A stretch of DNA of 63,091 nucleotides, filler included, from Octopus bimaculoides (Eukaryota), in the NCBI RefSeq assembly GCF_001194135.2. It is 6 parts of 4 records of this genome, joined end to end, with 100 filler letters (N's around TTAATTAATTAA, not from the genome) between each part and the next. Parts side by side here need not be neighbours in the genome. Positions count along the whole stretch, not along the records: positions 41,691 to 54,363 come from NC_068982.1; positions 54,464 to 58,127 come from NC_068996.1; positions 58,228 to 63,091 come from NC_068988.1; 3 more parts are not named here. One strand, 5' to 3'. A program made the translations under genes and the position numbers. Under the pieces are notes generated by a model, which was not told where the DNA came from, did no database searches, and saw nothing but the letters and a program-made list of their open reading frames with translations. Positions 49,791-62,090 of the stretch are shown piece by piece (the first letter of the stretch is position 1; the number at the start of each line of letters is the position of its first letter).

Positions 49791-51002
49791 ATGTGTGGAT
49801 GTGTGGGATATAAGTGACTTAAATGAACGTCTCAAGTATATATATTCACATTAAGCATAACACACAATATTATTCGAAACAAAATATCTGTCTTACTGTA
49901 CGAACTCTTAATTATTTGTTTACATGGTAGCACAAGAAGCCTGAATTTGAATTCACAAAACATGATTTATTTAAAATAAATCATTATATAATTTTTTTTT
50001 AATTATATTTAGAAAACTGTAAGAAAATCAGATATATAAAATCAACAGAATATTGTTTATTACTAATTTACATTTAATGCGTCAAAGATCATTAAATATT
50101 AGCACGAATTGACGCCGTATTCATAATTAGTCATGAAGGAATTAATCAGAATCGATAAACGAAAAACATATTTGATTAATTTTAAAATCGTATAAAAATT
50201 AATGACATAGAATAATGGAAGGAAGTGCGACTTTGCAGTTCATTTTTTTATTATATATAATAGGTAAAAGTTGTTGCTTTTTCATAAAATTTTAATAATA
50301 TCCTGGGAAAATTACTCGATATAATATTCCTATATCTTCATTAACATTATTATTCGTATCATTCCAAAATATTGGAGTGGAAAAGAAAGTAGCTGTTGGA
50401 TAAAATACCTGACCGGTGTTAAATATCTAAAATTTTGAAAAAAATTCATTGACAAGGTGGATTCATTTTCATGTTTGCCAACAGAATAAAGGACAGTGCA
50501 TCATCTTAGTAAATGGACCAAAACCAATCGTGTATTGCTTCTCAGAAGACAGAATGTCGGGGCATTTGTAAAATGTATATAGACAGTAATGGATAATAGG
50601 AAATCTAGTGTCCCTCGTCTTCCAGTGTTACAGACATATTTTAATAATAAAGTAGATTTGCTTCACTTGTTTTCCAATAATCCTGTCTCTGATTCATCTC
50701 TTCATGCTATTTCAGTTTTTTTTTCTTTCTGCTCGATATAATGTTCTTATATCTCACTTACGCAGACGTCCTAAGTCTGTTGGCAATATAATTTCTCTGA
50801 GTGGACACTTAAGCAGTTTCTAATCTCCATAATGTTGCTTTTGCTGTCTAAACACTTCAACAAATGCTTAGAGGTGTCTTCGTTTTCAAGCAACTGAAAT
50901 TTGCCTCGTTTGGTCTTCTTTTCAAAACTCTGTTGAATGTTTTGTTTCATGTAAATATCGACCGGTCAAATGTATTCCAGTACATTTTGAACAATCGGGA
51001 TC

Positions 51003-51383
51003 TTGGCGTAAAGATTATATGCCAACATAACATGGCAGTACTGGTTTAGGACTAATGTTACTGTAATTTAGCCCCAGGAGACATCGTCTCCGGCTGGCTA
51101 TACGACACGATCTGTGTCCTTATATTTTCGAATAATGGAATCTAGTACCCCCACTCAGCTCAAAATAATATCTGTACTGATTAAGGGAAATAACCTGGAG
51201 ATCGCGATGCACAGATATTGCTTTGAGCTGAGTGGGGGTGTTAGATTCCCTTGTTCAAAAATATAAAGACACAGATCGTGTCGTATAGCCAGCTGGAGAC
51301 GATGTCTCATGGGGCTAAATTACAGCAACATTCGTCCTAATCCAGGACTGCCATGTTATGTTGGCAAATAATCTTTACTCCAA
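51003..51383. repeat. long foldback inverted repeat (MITE-like)
   Basis: Arms 51005-51175 and 51211-51381, 16 mismatches in 171 nt, no indels, 35-nt spacer. Confidence 0.92.
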
Positions 51384-51384
51384 A

Positions 51385-52800
51385 GTATTGTTGCTGAATA
51401 TCTCATGTTGTGAGGTTTACAAATAATCATTTTCTAATCGGGATCTTGTCGTACATCTCACTCACTGGGATGATTTCTGACAAACTACCATTTTCATTAT
51501 TCACTTTACAAGTGATGTTCGAACTGTGATAAGTAAACGATTCTACAAGGCATTTGATGATTATTCGAAGGTAAGAATTATTTCTCTTTCATCGAAAGAA
51601 TTGTGATTAGGTAAGATCTGTTGCCTTTATCATATATGTGTTTTCTATGCTGATCTCCTCCAAAAGCTTCAGTAACATTGTTACTTTGTGCTATTCTTGT
51701 GACCCTTGTCTCTTTTGTGGAAGAACAAAACATTAAAATTATTTGAAATAACCAACACTTTTCTACTTATTTCACCTTCGAATAAAACCTTGTTCTACTT
51801 TGCCGTCTTTGCTCTCTGATTTGTTTCGTTGCTTCAATTGGTATTTTTTTATCCTCTTAAGCTTGACGATTCCTTGTATTTGGTGATGCCAAAACTAAAC
51901 TTTTTCACTGCTGGAACTTTCATATTCTTATTCCAAAAATAAATTGTCAAGCCTTACTATTCCACTTAGTGTTCAGCTGAGAATATGATAGCTACAATTC
52001 AATTTCTTTCAAGTTCTTTTACGTTAATAGAGTATCCAGAATCTCCACCAATTGTGTTGTTAGTTTTTGTACTCTTTTGGCTAATTTTATGTATCCTAGT
52101 GTTCTCACGTAAGATATTTTCCCGACGTGGGATGTTTTCTTTGAAAAGATAAATTTTGTAGCCATAAACTAACAATTTATTATCATGTCGTAGATGTGCC
52201 ATACACTCCTGTATTCGTAGCAAATATAATCATAGTGGAGTTTAAATGTAGAGATTATGTTTCATTTCACTTTATCTAGTCTTCCTAATTACCTTCGCAA
52301 CATGTTAAAAATATTACAAGCTATAAATTAAAACCTCATTGTCTGTTACGTTAGTTGTTCATTTGTCTGTGCCACAAATGTATTAATCTAATGTGTTTGC
52401 GATAATCATTCCTAAACCAAGATTTCATTCGTGTCACATATACTATATATGGCATATCAATTTCTATGTAAAACACAAATCTCTCTTTAGTACAATTCTC
52501 TTTTATGTGGCTCCTTATATGATATGGTAGAGACATAGTTATTAATCTTCCCTTCAACAATGTAAATCAGAGTTTATATCACTTCCGCTTATGAATCCTT
52601 GTAACAGCGTTTCCACTTTCTGTTGATCTGTAATACGCAACTTGAAGGCGTTGATAAACAAAACACGATAGCTGGAGAAGGAGGTTGCACAAAATAGTCT
52701 TCTTCTAATAGAGTAAAGACGAATTTTCTATAATTTGATTTATATTTGTAGCTGCAGAAATGTTTGTCTTTTAATACCACGTTTTAAAAACCTAATTATA
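51385..52800 (-). mobile_element. highly degenerate Penelope-like RT remnant
   Basis: Traces in correct order on the minus strand: LPYHIR; IQGV(A)MGT-like; LFMGY-like; HSSNITCKVNNENGSL (cf. HPNIKFTxExENNxL); KPT. Confidence 0.4.
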
Positions 52801-53571
52801 ACCTGCGCTGTCTTACTTTAGCAAACGTTGTTAGGAGACAACGGTGAGCGAGTTTGGTGAAAAGGTCTTGGTCATTAATCAACGTCATCATCAGAACAAT
52901 AATTCTCCTATCATTTTAAGTCTTTATTGATCAGTAATTGATTTTACAGTCATAAGGTCCTTGGCTTCTGCGGGTATTTAATTTTATATTCCAGGTAAAC
53001 ATTAATCATCCGCGATGTTATTACAGTTATGGATTTTACTGCCTTTTCATATTTTGGTGGTTGGCAGTTTCGTTTTTCTTTACGACTAAGATAGTTTTCA
53101 TTGCAGTGAGCCAGTCTGTTTATCAGAAGAATGGCTTCGCAGCTATATACGCCTCTTCTGCAACCACACTGTCCATCTTACAGACTATTACTAATGTCGA
53201 TTTCCTGGTATATCTGTTTGGTTAGTGACAAAATCAGCGTCTTGTAACACGTAATGTCATGGTATTGTAGGCGTTGATAGATATTTGTTTTTAAGATTGA
53301 TCGACAGGTTTTGCTTACACGCAAACATACATACACCACACACATACACCACAAACACACACACACACACTCACTAATACACAGACATGAGTTCATATAT
53401 AAAGTAATAATTCGAACAATGTATAGTCGCGAAAGCAGCAGAAAATTGAGTAGTATTACACTTGTATGACGGAAAAAAGATTGTCAACAAACAGTTTGTA
53501 TAATACGATAAACATTCGACACTTGTAAATAACAAATAACAGTTTGCTCATGAAATTAACGTGCAAGTGAC

Positions 53572-53634
<63 letters not shown>

Positions 53635-53637
<3 letters not shown>

Positions 53638-53945
53638 TCATCAAGATTGTTATGATGACTAATTGTTGGGATCGGTTCTCTTTCTTTCCTGATGAGGAGA
53701 TTATATTATTTTACACCGTTTATTCATTTGGAATAAAACCAATGTTGTCTTCGAAACATATGTCGAGAGGAATAGAATTTGAATAACATCTGTGTTCAAC
53801 TCCATTTATTTACTTATACTATACAAATTACTGCACATTAGCCCGGAGTTTCTACCTTTGAATAGGTTCGCTACATTTTTGTTACTTGCGTGAATTTTGC
53901 TACACTGATAACTGTTTATTGAATTTTCCGTGTTAACTGTAAACA
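53635..53945 (+). mobile_element. ~310-bp hammerhead-bearing non-coding dispersed element (family H), copy 1
   Basis: Colinear homology with 59084-59405; follows (TA)n. Confidence 0.7.
53681..53772 (+). ncRNA. type I hammerhead ribozyme motif
   Basis: Stem I TTTCTTTC/GAGAGGAA (8 bp); CTGATGA 53689-53695; stem II GGAGA/TCTTC; GAAA 53753-53756; palindromic stem III ACATATGT; GTC cleavage triplet ending 53764. Confidence 0.8.
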
Positions 53946-53974
53946 AAGGATAATACATTCACCCAGAACCCATT

Positions 53975-54363
53975 AAATACCCTGGACCTGGAGGGACTGC
54001 AATCCCAGATGCAGAGACAGTGCGAGACCTGGGCATCTACATGAGTAATAATGCATCCTTTCATGTTCACGTTGCTAAATTGTCAATGAAATGCAGGCGA
54101 CTGACCGGATGGATTCTAAGGACTTTTAGAACAAGAGATCAGGAAACCATGATGGTGCTCTGGAAGACACTTGTTCTTAGCCACTTTGATTATTGCTCTC
54201 AGCTATGGTCACCAACCAGTGTCAAATTAATCTCAGAACTTGAGGCAATCCAACGAAGCTACACGAAGATGATAGCCTCTATGCAGCATATAAGCTATTG
54301 GGAAAGACTCAAGAGATTAAGACTCTATTCCTTAGAGCGTAGACGAGAAAGATATGCCATAAT
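53975..54363 (+). mobile_element. CR1-clade LINE fragment (post-RT region), cut by the scaffold join
   Basis: VRDLGIYM..WILRTFRTRD..LWKTLVLSHFDYCSQLWSP..ELEAIQRSYTKMI..SYWERLKRLRLYSLERRRER. Confidence 0.93.
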
Positions 54364-54463
54364 NNNNNNNNNNNNNNNNNNNNNNNNNNNNNNNNNNNNN
54401 NNNNNNNTTAATTAATTAANNNNNNNNNNNNNNNNNNNNNNNNNNNNNNNNNNNNNNNNNNNN
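54364..54463. other. artificial scaffold-join spacer
   Basis: Identical 44N-TTAATTAATTAA-44N. Confidence 0.95.
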
Positions 54464-55751
54464 TGGTAGTAGTGGTGGTGGTGGTGGTGGTAGTGGTGGT
54501 GGTGGTGGTGGTGGTGGTAGTGGTGGTTGTCGTCGTCGTGTTGCAGGTGCCCTCATTGACAATTATAAAAACTGCGAATAAGCAACGCAGTGAAATTGCT
54601 GTGTCCTGTAGAAGAGAAGTGCCTTTGAATGTGGATGGAGAGAGATGATAAAAGGATGACCACTTAACACGTGTTGATGTAAGATAAATAGACCACTCGC
54701 AGCCTCTTTATCTTGCACCAACACTAAACAATTTCTCTCTCATTGATGGGATTTATTTCAAGTGTTTACTTCTATGTTCAAATCCCGCCGAGGTCAGGAT
54801 TGCCATTCGTCCTTCCGAGGGTCGATAAAATAAACAGTTTTTCAGATTTTCACCAGGTTATTTTCAGAAACTGTAGTTCTGAAGTAGTTTTTGCATGCTG
54901 ATGACAAAAATCATTCCTTTATTCTAGAAATTGGTAATAATAAAAGTTACAAGCATTTAAAATTATGTAACTTTAGCAAATCGAAAGCTTCGACCGCCAG
55001 ACATACCGGAAGTCGTGACTTTTTATCCTCATGGGAACAGTACGCACGAAACCTTTATGTGGTCCTTTGGTCTGCAAGAAATAGCAGCTAAATTTTGCTT
55101 GGACTACACTATAACGTTCAGAAGGTAAAAGAATGATACATTGTGATACAGCACAGTTTATTTCCTTGTGTTTAATGTTATCAATGACATCTAAATGAAA
55201 CCCAGTCTTCATGGATGTAACCTCTTGTAGAGCTCATGACCCTTTCCAACACTGGGTCCCACAGACCGATGTTAGATGTATTTATGCTTTTGTTATGATG
55301 AATTTGTTTTACAAGGATTTAAAGGTGGAGAAAGATTACCGTCATCATCATCAGCAGCAGCATTGTTAGCAACACTATACTTCATTCAATAACAACATTT
55401 ATTAACCAATCAATTATTCCACCTCCACCATCACTACCACCACCACCACCACTATCTATTTTCGTTTACCCTTTAACATTTACACCGGCCATATCATGCC
55501 AAATTATTTTACCTGTTTTATATTCAAACTGACAGATCCGGTTTCTCACACCTAACCTACAATGTCATTCGCAATACAGATAATCACATTATAGAAATCT
55601 CGAAACTACGAGATAATGCGTGATTAATTTAAAACAATGGGAATAAATAGGCATCAGATTTGAAACAGTAGTCTGAAAGCTAAAGGGTTAATACTTTGTT
55701 TACAATTTTATCATAAGTAAACAGAAAGGACATTTAACATAGGTCTGCGCT

Positions 55752-56182
55752 AATGTGGCCAGCTGGCGCAAACGTTAGCACGCCGGGCTAAACTCTTAGC
55801 AGTATTTCGTCTGCTGTTACGTTCTGAGTTCAAATTCCACCGAGGTCGAATTTGCCTTTCATCTTTTCGATGTCGATAAATTAAGTACCAGTTAGGCACT
55901 GGCGTCGATGTGATCAACTTAATCCCTTTGTCTGTCCTTGTTTGTCCCCTCTGTGTTTAGCCCCTTGTGAACAATAAAGAAATAAGAAATGTTAGCACGC
56001 CGGCGAAATGCTTGGCGGTATTTCGTCTGTCGTTACGTTCTGAGTTCAAATTCCACCAAGGTCGACTTTGCCTTTCATCCTTTCGAGGTCGATAAATTAA
56101 GTATCAGTTGCATACTGGTACTAATTGCCTGACCCCCCCTTCCCCCAAAATTTTGGGCCGTGTGCCTAGAGTAGAAAAGAGA
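55752..56182 (+). mobile_element. dimeric SINE A with perfect 13-bp target-site duplication
   Basis: ATAGGTCTGCGCT at 55739-55751 and 56183-56195; B boxes at 55828 and 56044; junction at ~55990. Confidence 0.92.
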
Positions 56183-56603
56183 ATAGGTCTGCGCTGCTCA
56201 CTTTGTGTTTTAAGGATTGTGGGTTCGATTAAAAGTTACATTCGTGGAAATTGACTTTAATTTAAAGGTTAATGATAACATGATAAAAGGAGATAAACGG
56301 TGAAGGGCTCATTGTGTAGTCCTTTTTATTTATTTTTTTAGACGTTATGCCACTAATTCTAACAGGTCGACAGACCACGTAAAGGTTTCTTGTGTACAGT
56401 TCTCATGGAGACAAACAATTACAACTTCCGGTCTGTCCAGCGACGGAGTCGTGGTAAAAAATTTAACTGGATCTCCCAAAGCACACCAAATTTGTGGCAT
56501 CTGAAATGCAAGAAAGTCTTATTACTTTTGATTGAGAATTAAGCATCACAAGAGCATCGCTTTATACCTTAAAAAATGTATTAGGTTCAATGCAGATTCT
56601 CTA

Positions 56604-56810
56604 TACGAGGGGTGCTGAAAAATTCCTGCCTTTGAGTAAAAGAAAAATCTGTTAGGATTTTGTTCAACATAATCCCCTCTCAGATTCACACACTTGTTAC
56701 AGCAGTCCTTCAGTTTTTCTAAGCCCTGTAAAAGATCTCGGAAGGGTGGGCCTCCAACCAGGCCTTTCGCGACACCCTTATGCTACGAACTTTTCATTAC
56801 CCCACTCCTA
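56604..56810 (-). mobile_element. mariner-derived MITE
   Basis: TA-CGAGGGGTGCTGAAAAATTC ... GAACTTTTCATTACCCCACTCC-TA; minus strand retains transposase C-terminus EKLKDCCNKCVNLRGDYVE. Confidence 0.8.
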
Positions 56811-56951
56811 TGATAATTTACACTTTTATAGAATGTGGAACGAAAAAGCGGCTGTATGAAACTGCTTGCAGTATCGATGCCATTGGCTCTTGATTACGCG
56901 TTCAAGTTCTACCAGGAAAAAATTGTATTTTTTAGCCAAGGAAGACTTGTT

Positions 56952-57096
56952 GAAATGAGTTCAAATCCCGCTGAGGTCCACTTTGCTTTTCTTTCTGTCG
57001 AGATCGATAAAATAAACTACCAATCAAGTACTGAATTCGATCGTATCGACTAAAAATCTCTCCTGCTCAAAATTGCTGGCCTTGTGCCTAAATTAG
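56952..57096 (+). mobile_element. SINE A partial copy
   Basis: gagttcaaatcccgctgaggtccactttgc..ctggccttgtgcct. Confidence 0.65.
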
Positions 57097-57984
57097 CAGC
57101 AATTGTTTTTATTTAGCGCGTAGGTTAGCCCTGATGATAGGAAAGATCTACAATCAACAACATTCTATCTGTTCATCCCATATTTTTATCAGACAATGTA
57201 TTGGGGACTATCTAATGTAAATGTGAGTTTTTTTAAAAACATCGAAGTGCGATTTAATGAAAATTTGACTGCTGTTTCTAACATGTAGAATGACTACTTA
57301 GAGGCTTTATTATTGGCCCGAATGCCTGTTGCTGTTGCCTATCCCCCAACTCAAGCCTCATCAAACAACAGATACATTATCAAATGTATTCCCATCATGT
57401 CTTTTTAGGTTATGTAAGAAGACATCGAGTAACGTATTTTTTCCCTTACCTAAGATTAAGGTGTCATTTGAAAGGGATTCGTTTGCTACATGTAAGAGAT
57501 CTAGCGAACCAGTAAATGTTGTTCCTGATTAGGAATAACACACTCGTCCATATCTTAGAGAACTTCATAAGTACCAGAAATATAATAAAGCTGCTTCAAT
57601 TATCTACAAGCGTTATATTTATCCCAAAGGAAACCAATTGATCAAAATCAGTTTAAAATAACCTCCACAGTTGGTGAACTGTATGTCATTAGTCAAATGA
57701 CAAATCAACAACACAGTTTTTGTTGGTGTTGGTGTTGGTGCTGCTGCTGTGGCCAAAGACTTTATTGGTGTTATTGCTCTTGTTTAACCCCAAATCAGCC
57801 CTGATCCAGGAGAGCTATTATCAAAAGTGTGTCTTATTTTCCATTTTGTACATAATTATAAATATATTGGTACTGATAATTGTATTCTTTATATATATAT
57901 ATTGGTACAGATAATTTTATATTTGTACATATATATATATTTTTTTTTTTTTGTAGTTTCAGCTTCGAGCTCTTTTACTCTAAC

Positions 57985-58120
57985 TCTTTTACTTGTTTCA
58001 GTCATTTGACTGTAGCCATGCTGGAGTACCGCCTTTAGTCGAGCAAAGTGACCCCAGGACTTATTCTTTGTAAGCCTAGTACTTATTCTATCGGTTTCTT
58101 TTTGCCGAACCGCTAAGTTA
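57985..58120 (-). mobile_element. SINE family B, 3' part
   Basis: Near-identical to 17831-17975. Confidence 0.8.
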
Positions 58121-58127
58121 TATATAT

Positions 58128-58227
58128 NNNNNNNNNNNNNNNNNNNNNNNNNNNNNNNNNNNNNNNNNNNNTTAATTAATTAANNNNNNNNNNNNNNNNN
58201 NNNNNNNNNNNNNNNNNNNNNNNNNNN
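58128..58227. other. artificial scaffold-join spacer
   Basis: Identical 44N-TTAATTAATTAA-44N. Confidence 0.95.
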
Positions 58228-58954
58228 TTACTGCATTTTTCTTCTTTTTTTCCTTTACTGGTGCTATTATTGGTTAATATATTTTCGAAGTGTGTGTAGG
58301 ATATCTGAGACAGATCGGTAAAGAATTAGCACGAGATCAAAGTATTATGGTAAACTCTGAACAAAAAAAAAACTACCACTGCAGCCACCACCACCACCAC
58401 CACCAACAAAACACAGCAGCAACACCACCACCACCACCACCCAATCACCAGCAATTACAGCAACATCACCAGCAGAAGAGAGCATCTTCAGCAATACTAC
58501 ATCACCACCACCACTTCTACTACCACCTATACTACTGCTATCACTGCATTATCATCATGGTGTACCATCACTAGCAACACTGATGCTGCTACTTTGACCA
58601 CAACCACCACATCTGCCACAAACGACACCACCACCACCACCAACAACAACAGCTATACTACTGTTGCAATCCCTACCACCACCACCACCACCACCACCAT
58701 CACCACCACAACATACCACCACCACTGCCAATGCCATCGTGGCTATAGGTGATAAGAGGTTCATTTCTCAACTATTTGGTTTTCATTCAGTAGGGTTTGG
58801 TGCAACCCTCAGGCTTGCCTGCCAGCAACTGTCAAACAGTCCAACCCATAACAGCATGGAAGACGGGCGATGATACTTAGGGTGAGGGTGACTCCCTTTG
58901 GTGATGAACAATCATGGGCTTGCATCTAAAAAATTACCCTCCCNNNNNNNNNNA

Positions 58955-59067
58955 CAACTCATTTCTATGGCTGAGTGAACTGAAGCAACGTAAAATAAGT
59001 CTTGTTCAAGAACAAAACACGTAGCCCGGTCTGGGAATCGAACTCACAACCTCATGATAATAAGCTT
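58955..59067 (-). mobile_element. SINE family C fragment
   Basis: gctgagtgaactgaagcaacgtaaaataag..gggaatcgaactcacaacc. Confidence 0.6.
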
Positions 59068-59083
59068 GATATATATATATAAT

Positions 59084-59405
59084 TATAATCACATTTGGTT
59101 AAAATGGCTTGTTGATGTGTTTTGTTTCTTGTTTTTCCCTGATGAGAATATCGCATTGTTTTACATAATTTTGTTCCCTCAGGAATAATACCAATATTTT
59201 CTTTGAAACATATGCTGGAAGTATAAAGATTTGAATAACACATGTGTCTATCTCCATTTCTTAATTTATCTATATAATACAAATACATTTCACTAAACCC
59301 TTAAATTTCTACCTTTATAAGCAGGCTGTAACATCCTTGGCACTTATGTGAATTTTTGCTACCCTGGTAACTATTTATTTATTTTTTCCATATTATTTGT
59401 ACACA
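59084..59405 (+). mobile_element. family H copy 2 with decayed hammerhead (59131-59221)
   Basis: CTGATGA 59139-59145, GAAACATAT 59205-59213, GTC replaced by GCT; (TA)n on both sides. Confidence 0.7.
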
Positions 59406-59423
59406 TTGGGAAAATACACATAC

Positions 59424-59478
<55 letters not shown>

Positions 59479-60012
59479 AGGATCCATTCAGTTTCTGTCT
59501 ACCAAATTCGTTTACAAGGCTTTGGTCGGCCCAAGGCTATAATAGAAGACACTTGCTACATACATGTTATATATGTCCTTGTCTTCTGTTTTTCTGTAAA
59601 TTTCAACTGTTGTATATATGTATATATATCATCATCCTCATCCTCACCCAATGTTTTAAATCCAGGGTTTTGTCCCCGTTAATGGGGGTGGCTGGGTCTA
59701 TTTCAATGCCATAGCAACTGCCTACTCACATGCCAGGTCTTGGGCGTTCCCCCTTTTCTAACCAACCCTCCCAATCTCCTCCCCCACATGGCCCCTCCAC
59801 CTTTTCCTTGGTCTACCTACTATATATATATATATATACTTTATGTAAAAGCAGTAGAAATATAACAAAACTGTCCGATGAATGGGAACATGAAACTCCG
59901 AGTAACAGTCTTTTGTTATATTTCTGCTGCTTTTAAATAAAGCATATTAATCTACCTCTGGTATTTGAGTACTCTTTTTTCCACCTTGTTGCACATTTTA
60001 TGTGCTTACTCC

Positions 60013-60055
<43 letters not shown>

Positions 60056-60982
60056 NNNNNNNNNNNNNNNNNNNNNNNNNNNNNNNNNNNNNNNNNNNNN
60101 NNNNNNNNNNNNNNNNNNNNNNNNNNNNNNNNNNNNNNNNNNNNNNNNNNNNNNNNNNNNNNNNNNNNNNNNNNNNNNNNNNNNNNNNNNNNNNNNNNNN
60201 NNNNNNNNNNNNNNNNNNNNNNNNNNNNNNNNNNNNNNNNNNNNNNNNNNNNNNNNNACACACACACACACACACACATATATACACACATACACACATA
60301 TATACACATACACACACACATATATATACAAACACACACATATATATATACACGCATTCAAACACACACATGTATGTACATATATGGTGGTTGTCTACTC
60401 CTTGTGCAGAGTTTGACCACTTCCTGTACCTACACCTAAAAACTATCATGGCGTCTGATGTAGCTTTTTAAACCAGACAATGCTTTGAAAAGACACCTAC
60501 ACAGATTGCATAGATTGCCTTGGGCCACCAAGACTTAGAGTTAAGTGTGTGTGTGTGTGTGTGTGTGAAGAAAAAGTACATGATAGTCTGGAAACATCTG
60601 TGATCATATGTCTACTCAAACAAGGTTGACCTGGGGTTAAACAACAATACCATTAATATATGGATATAATGTGTGTGTGTTGAAATGTAGATATCAGGTT
60701 AATACTGATTTAAATAGGGTTCCATAAATTGTAAGTTCAAACCCTATCTTGAACCCTTAAGATGGATTATCTTAAGCTATTTAATCCACTTATCTGATCG
60801 GGATGTTTTAATTTAGAAAGATAATAACCAATCAACAGAGACAATTAAGTTGCAATCGTTTTTACAAGAACGTTTTAGAAATGTTGCTAATCAACCTAGC
60901 AAGTCAGGTCAGTGGGTAATATATGTCCGTCCGTCCGTCTGTCCATCCATCCATCTATCTATCTATTTCTCTATCTATCATG

Positions 60983-61135
60983 ACAGGCTTCTTTCAGTTT
61001 CCATCTACTAAATCCACTCGTAAGGCTTTGGTCAACCTGAAGTTGTAGTAAAAGTCATTTGCCCAAGGCGCCACACAGTGGGACTGAACCCAGAACCATG
61101 TGGTTGGGAAGCAAACTTCTTACTATACAGCCACA
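60983..61135 (-). mobile_element. SINE family B head/body
   Basis: cttctttcagtttcc.tctac.aaatccactc..aaggctttggtc..gcccaagg.gccac.cagtgggactgaacc. Confidence 0.8.
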
Positions 61136-61180
61136 CACACCTATCTATCTGTCTGTCTGCCTATCAGTATGTGTGTGTGC

Positions 61181-61238
<58 letters not shown>

Positions 61239-61272
61239 GTGTGTGTGTGTGTGTGTGCCTGTGTGTGATGGC

Positions 61273-61420
61273 TTTCATCAGTTTCTATGAAATGTCTTTA
61301 CTCGGCTCTGGTTAGCCTGGGGCTTAAAAGAAGATATATATACTCAAGGTGCCACACACTACGATTGAACTCCTAAGACCAGTGGCTGAGAAGTGGATGT
61401 CTTAACCACACAGCCATGCC
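61273..61420 (-). mobile_element. SINE family B, degenerate
   Basis: caaggtgccacac..gattgaactc..ttaaccacacagccatg. Confidence 0.55.
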
Positions 61421-61584
61421 CGGCTGTGTATGGGCCTATGCCTCAATACTTCAGCATGAAGGTCTATACGTATGCATCTGTGTGGGTGTTAGGAGGCCCA
61501 AGCACTAACACATGACGGAAACTTCCACCTACCAAATTCAATTACAAGGGTTCATTTTTACTTAACTGTTAGGCTGTGTGTACT

Positions 61585-62090
61585 GCGCTGTGTGGGGACC
61601 AGTGTGCCAAAGGATAAGCCTAATGCTTTCTCAGCATCTTGTAAAAGGCAACAAACCCTCGTAAAACCCTCACCAGCAATGACTACCCCATGGGTTGGCG
61701 AGTAATCACTTGAGTGGTACAAAGATGTCATCCGCCAGGAGTAGAAAGGAATCACCAACAACTGGTGGATGCAGCGATGCGCTGTAACAGCGCATATCCT
61801 TAACTGCTACTGCTACTACTACTACTACTACTATTACAACAATATTTTTAGAGCTGTGTGGGGACTGACATGCCAAAGAATGGACTTAATGCTTCCTCTG
61901 GATGCTGTAAAAAGTGACTAGTCCGACCTTATAAAACCCTCACCAGCGACTGCCCAAAACACACCCATGGGTTGCAGGGTTGTCGCCCGAGTGGGGCAAA
62001 GGTGCCATCCATCAGAAGTAAGTAGGGAATCACCTACAAATGGTAGATGCAGAAATGCAGAGTTACAGTCCATACTACTACTACTACTAC
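61585..62090 (+). mobile_element. two tandem family E copies (61585-61835, 61855-62090), each with a (CTA)n tail
   Basis: Both start gtgtggggac..tgccaaag, contain aaaaccctcaccagc and end in ctactacta. Confidence 0.7.

Noticed and set aside
1814-60471. Long ORFs in the track made of X runs with YI/HT/VC/RE repeats
   Set aside because: They span N gaps and dinucleotide microsatellites; not evidence of coding
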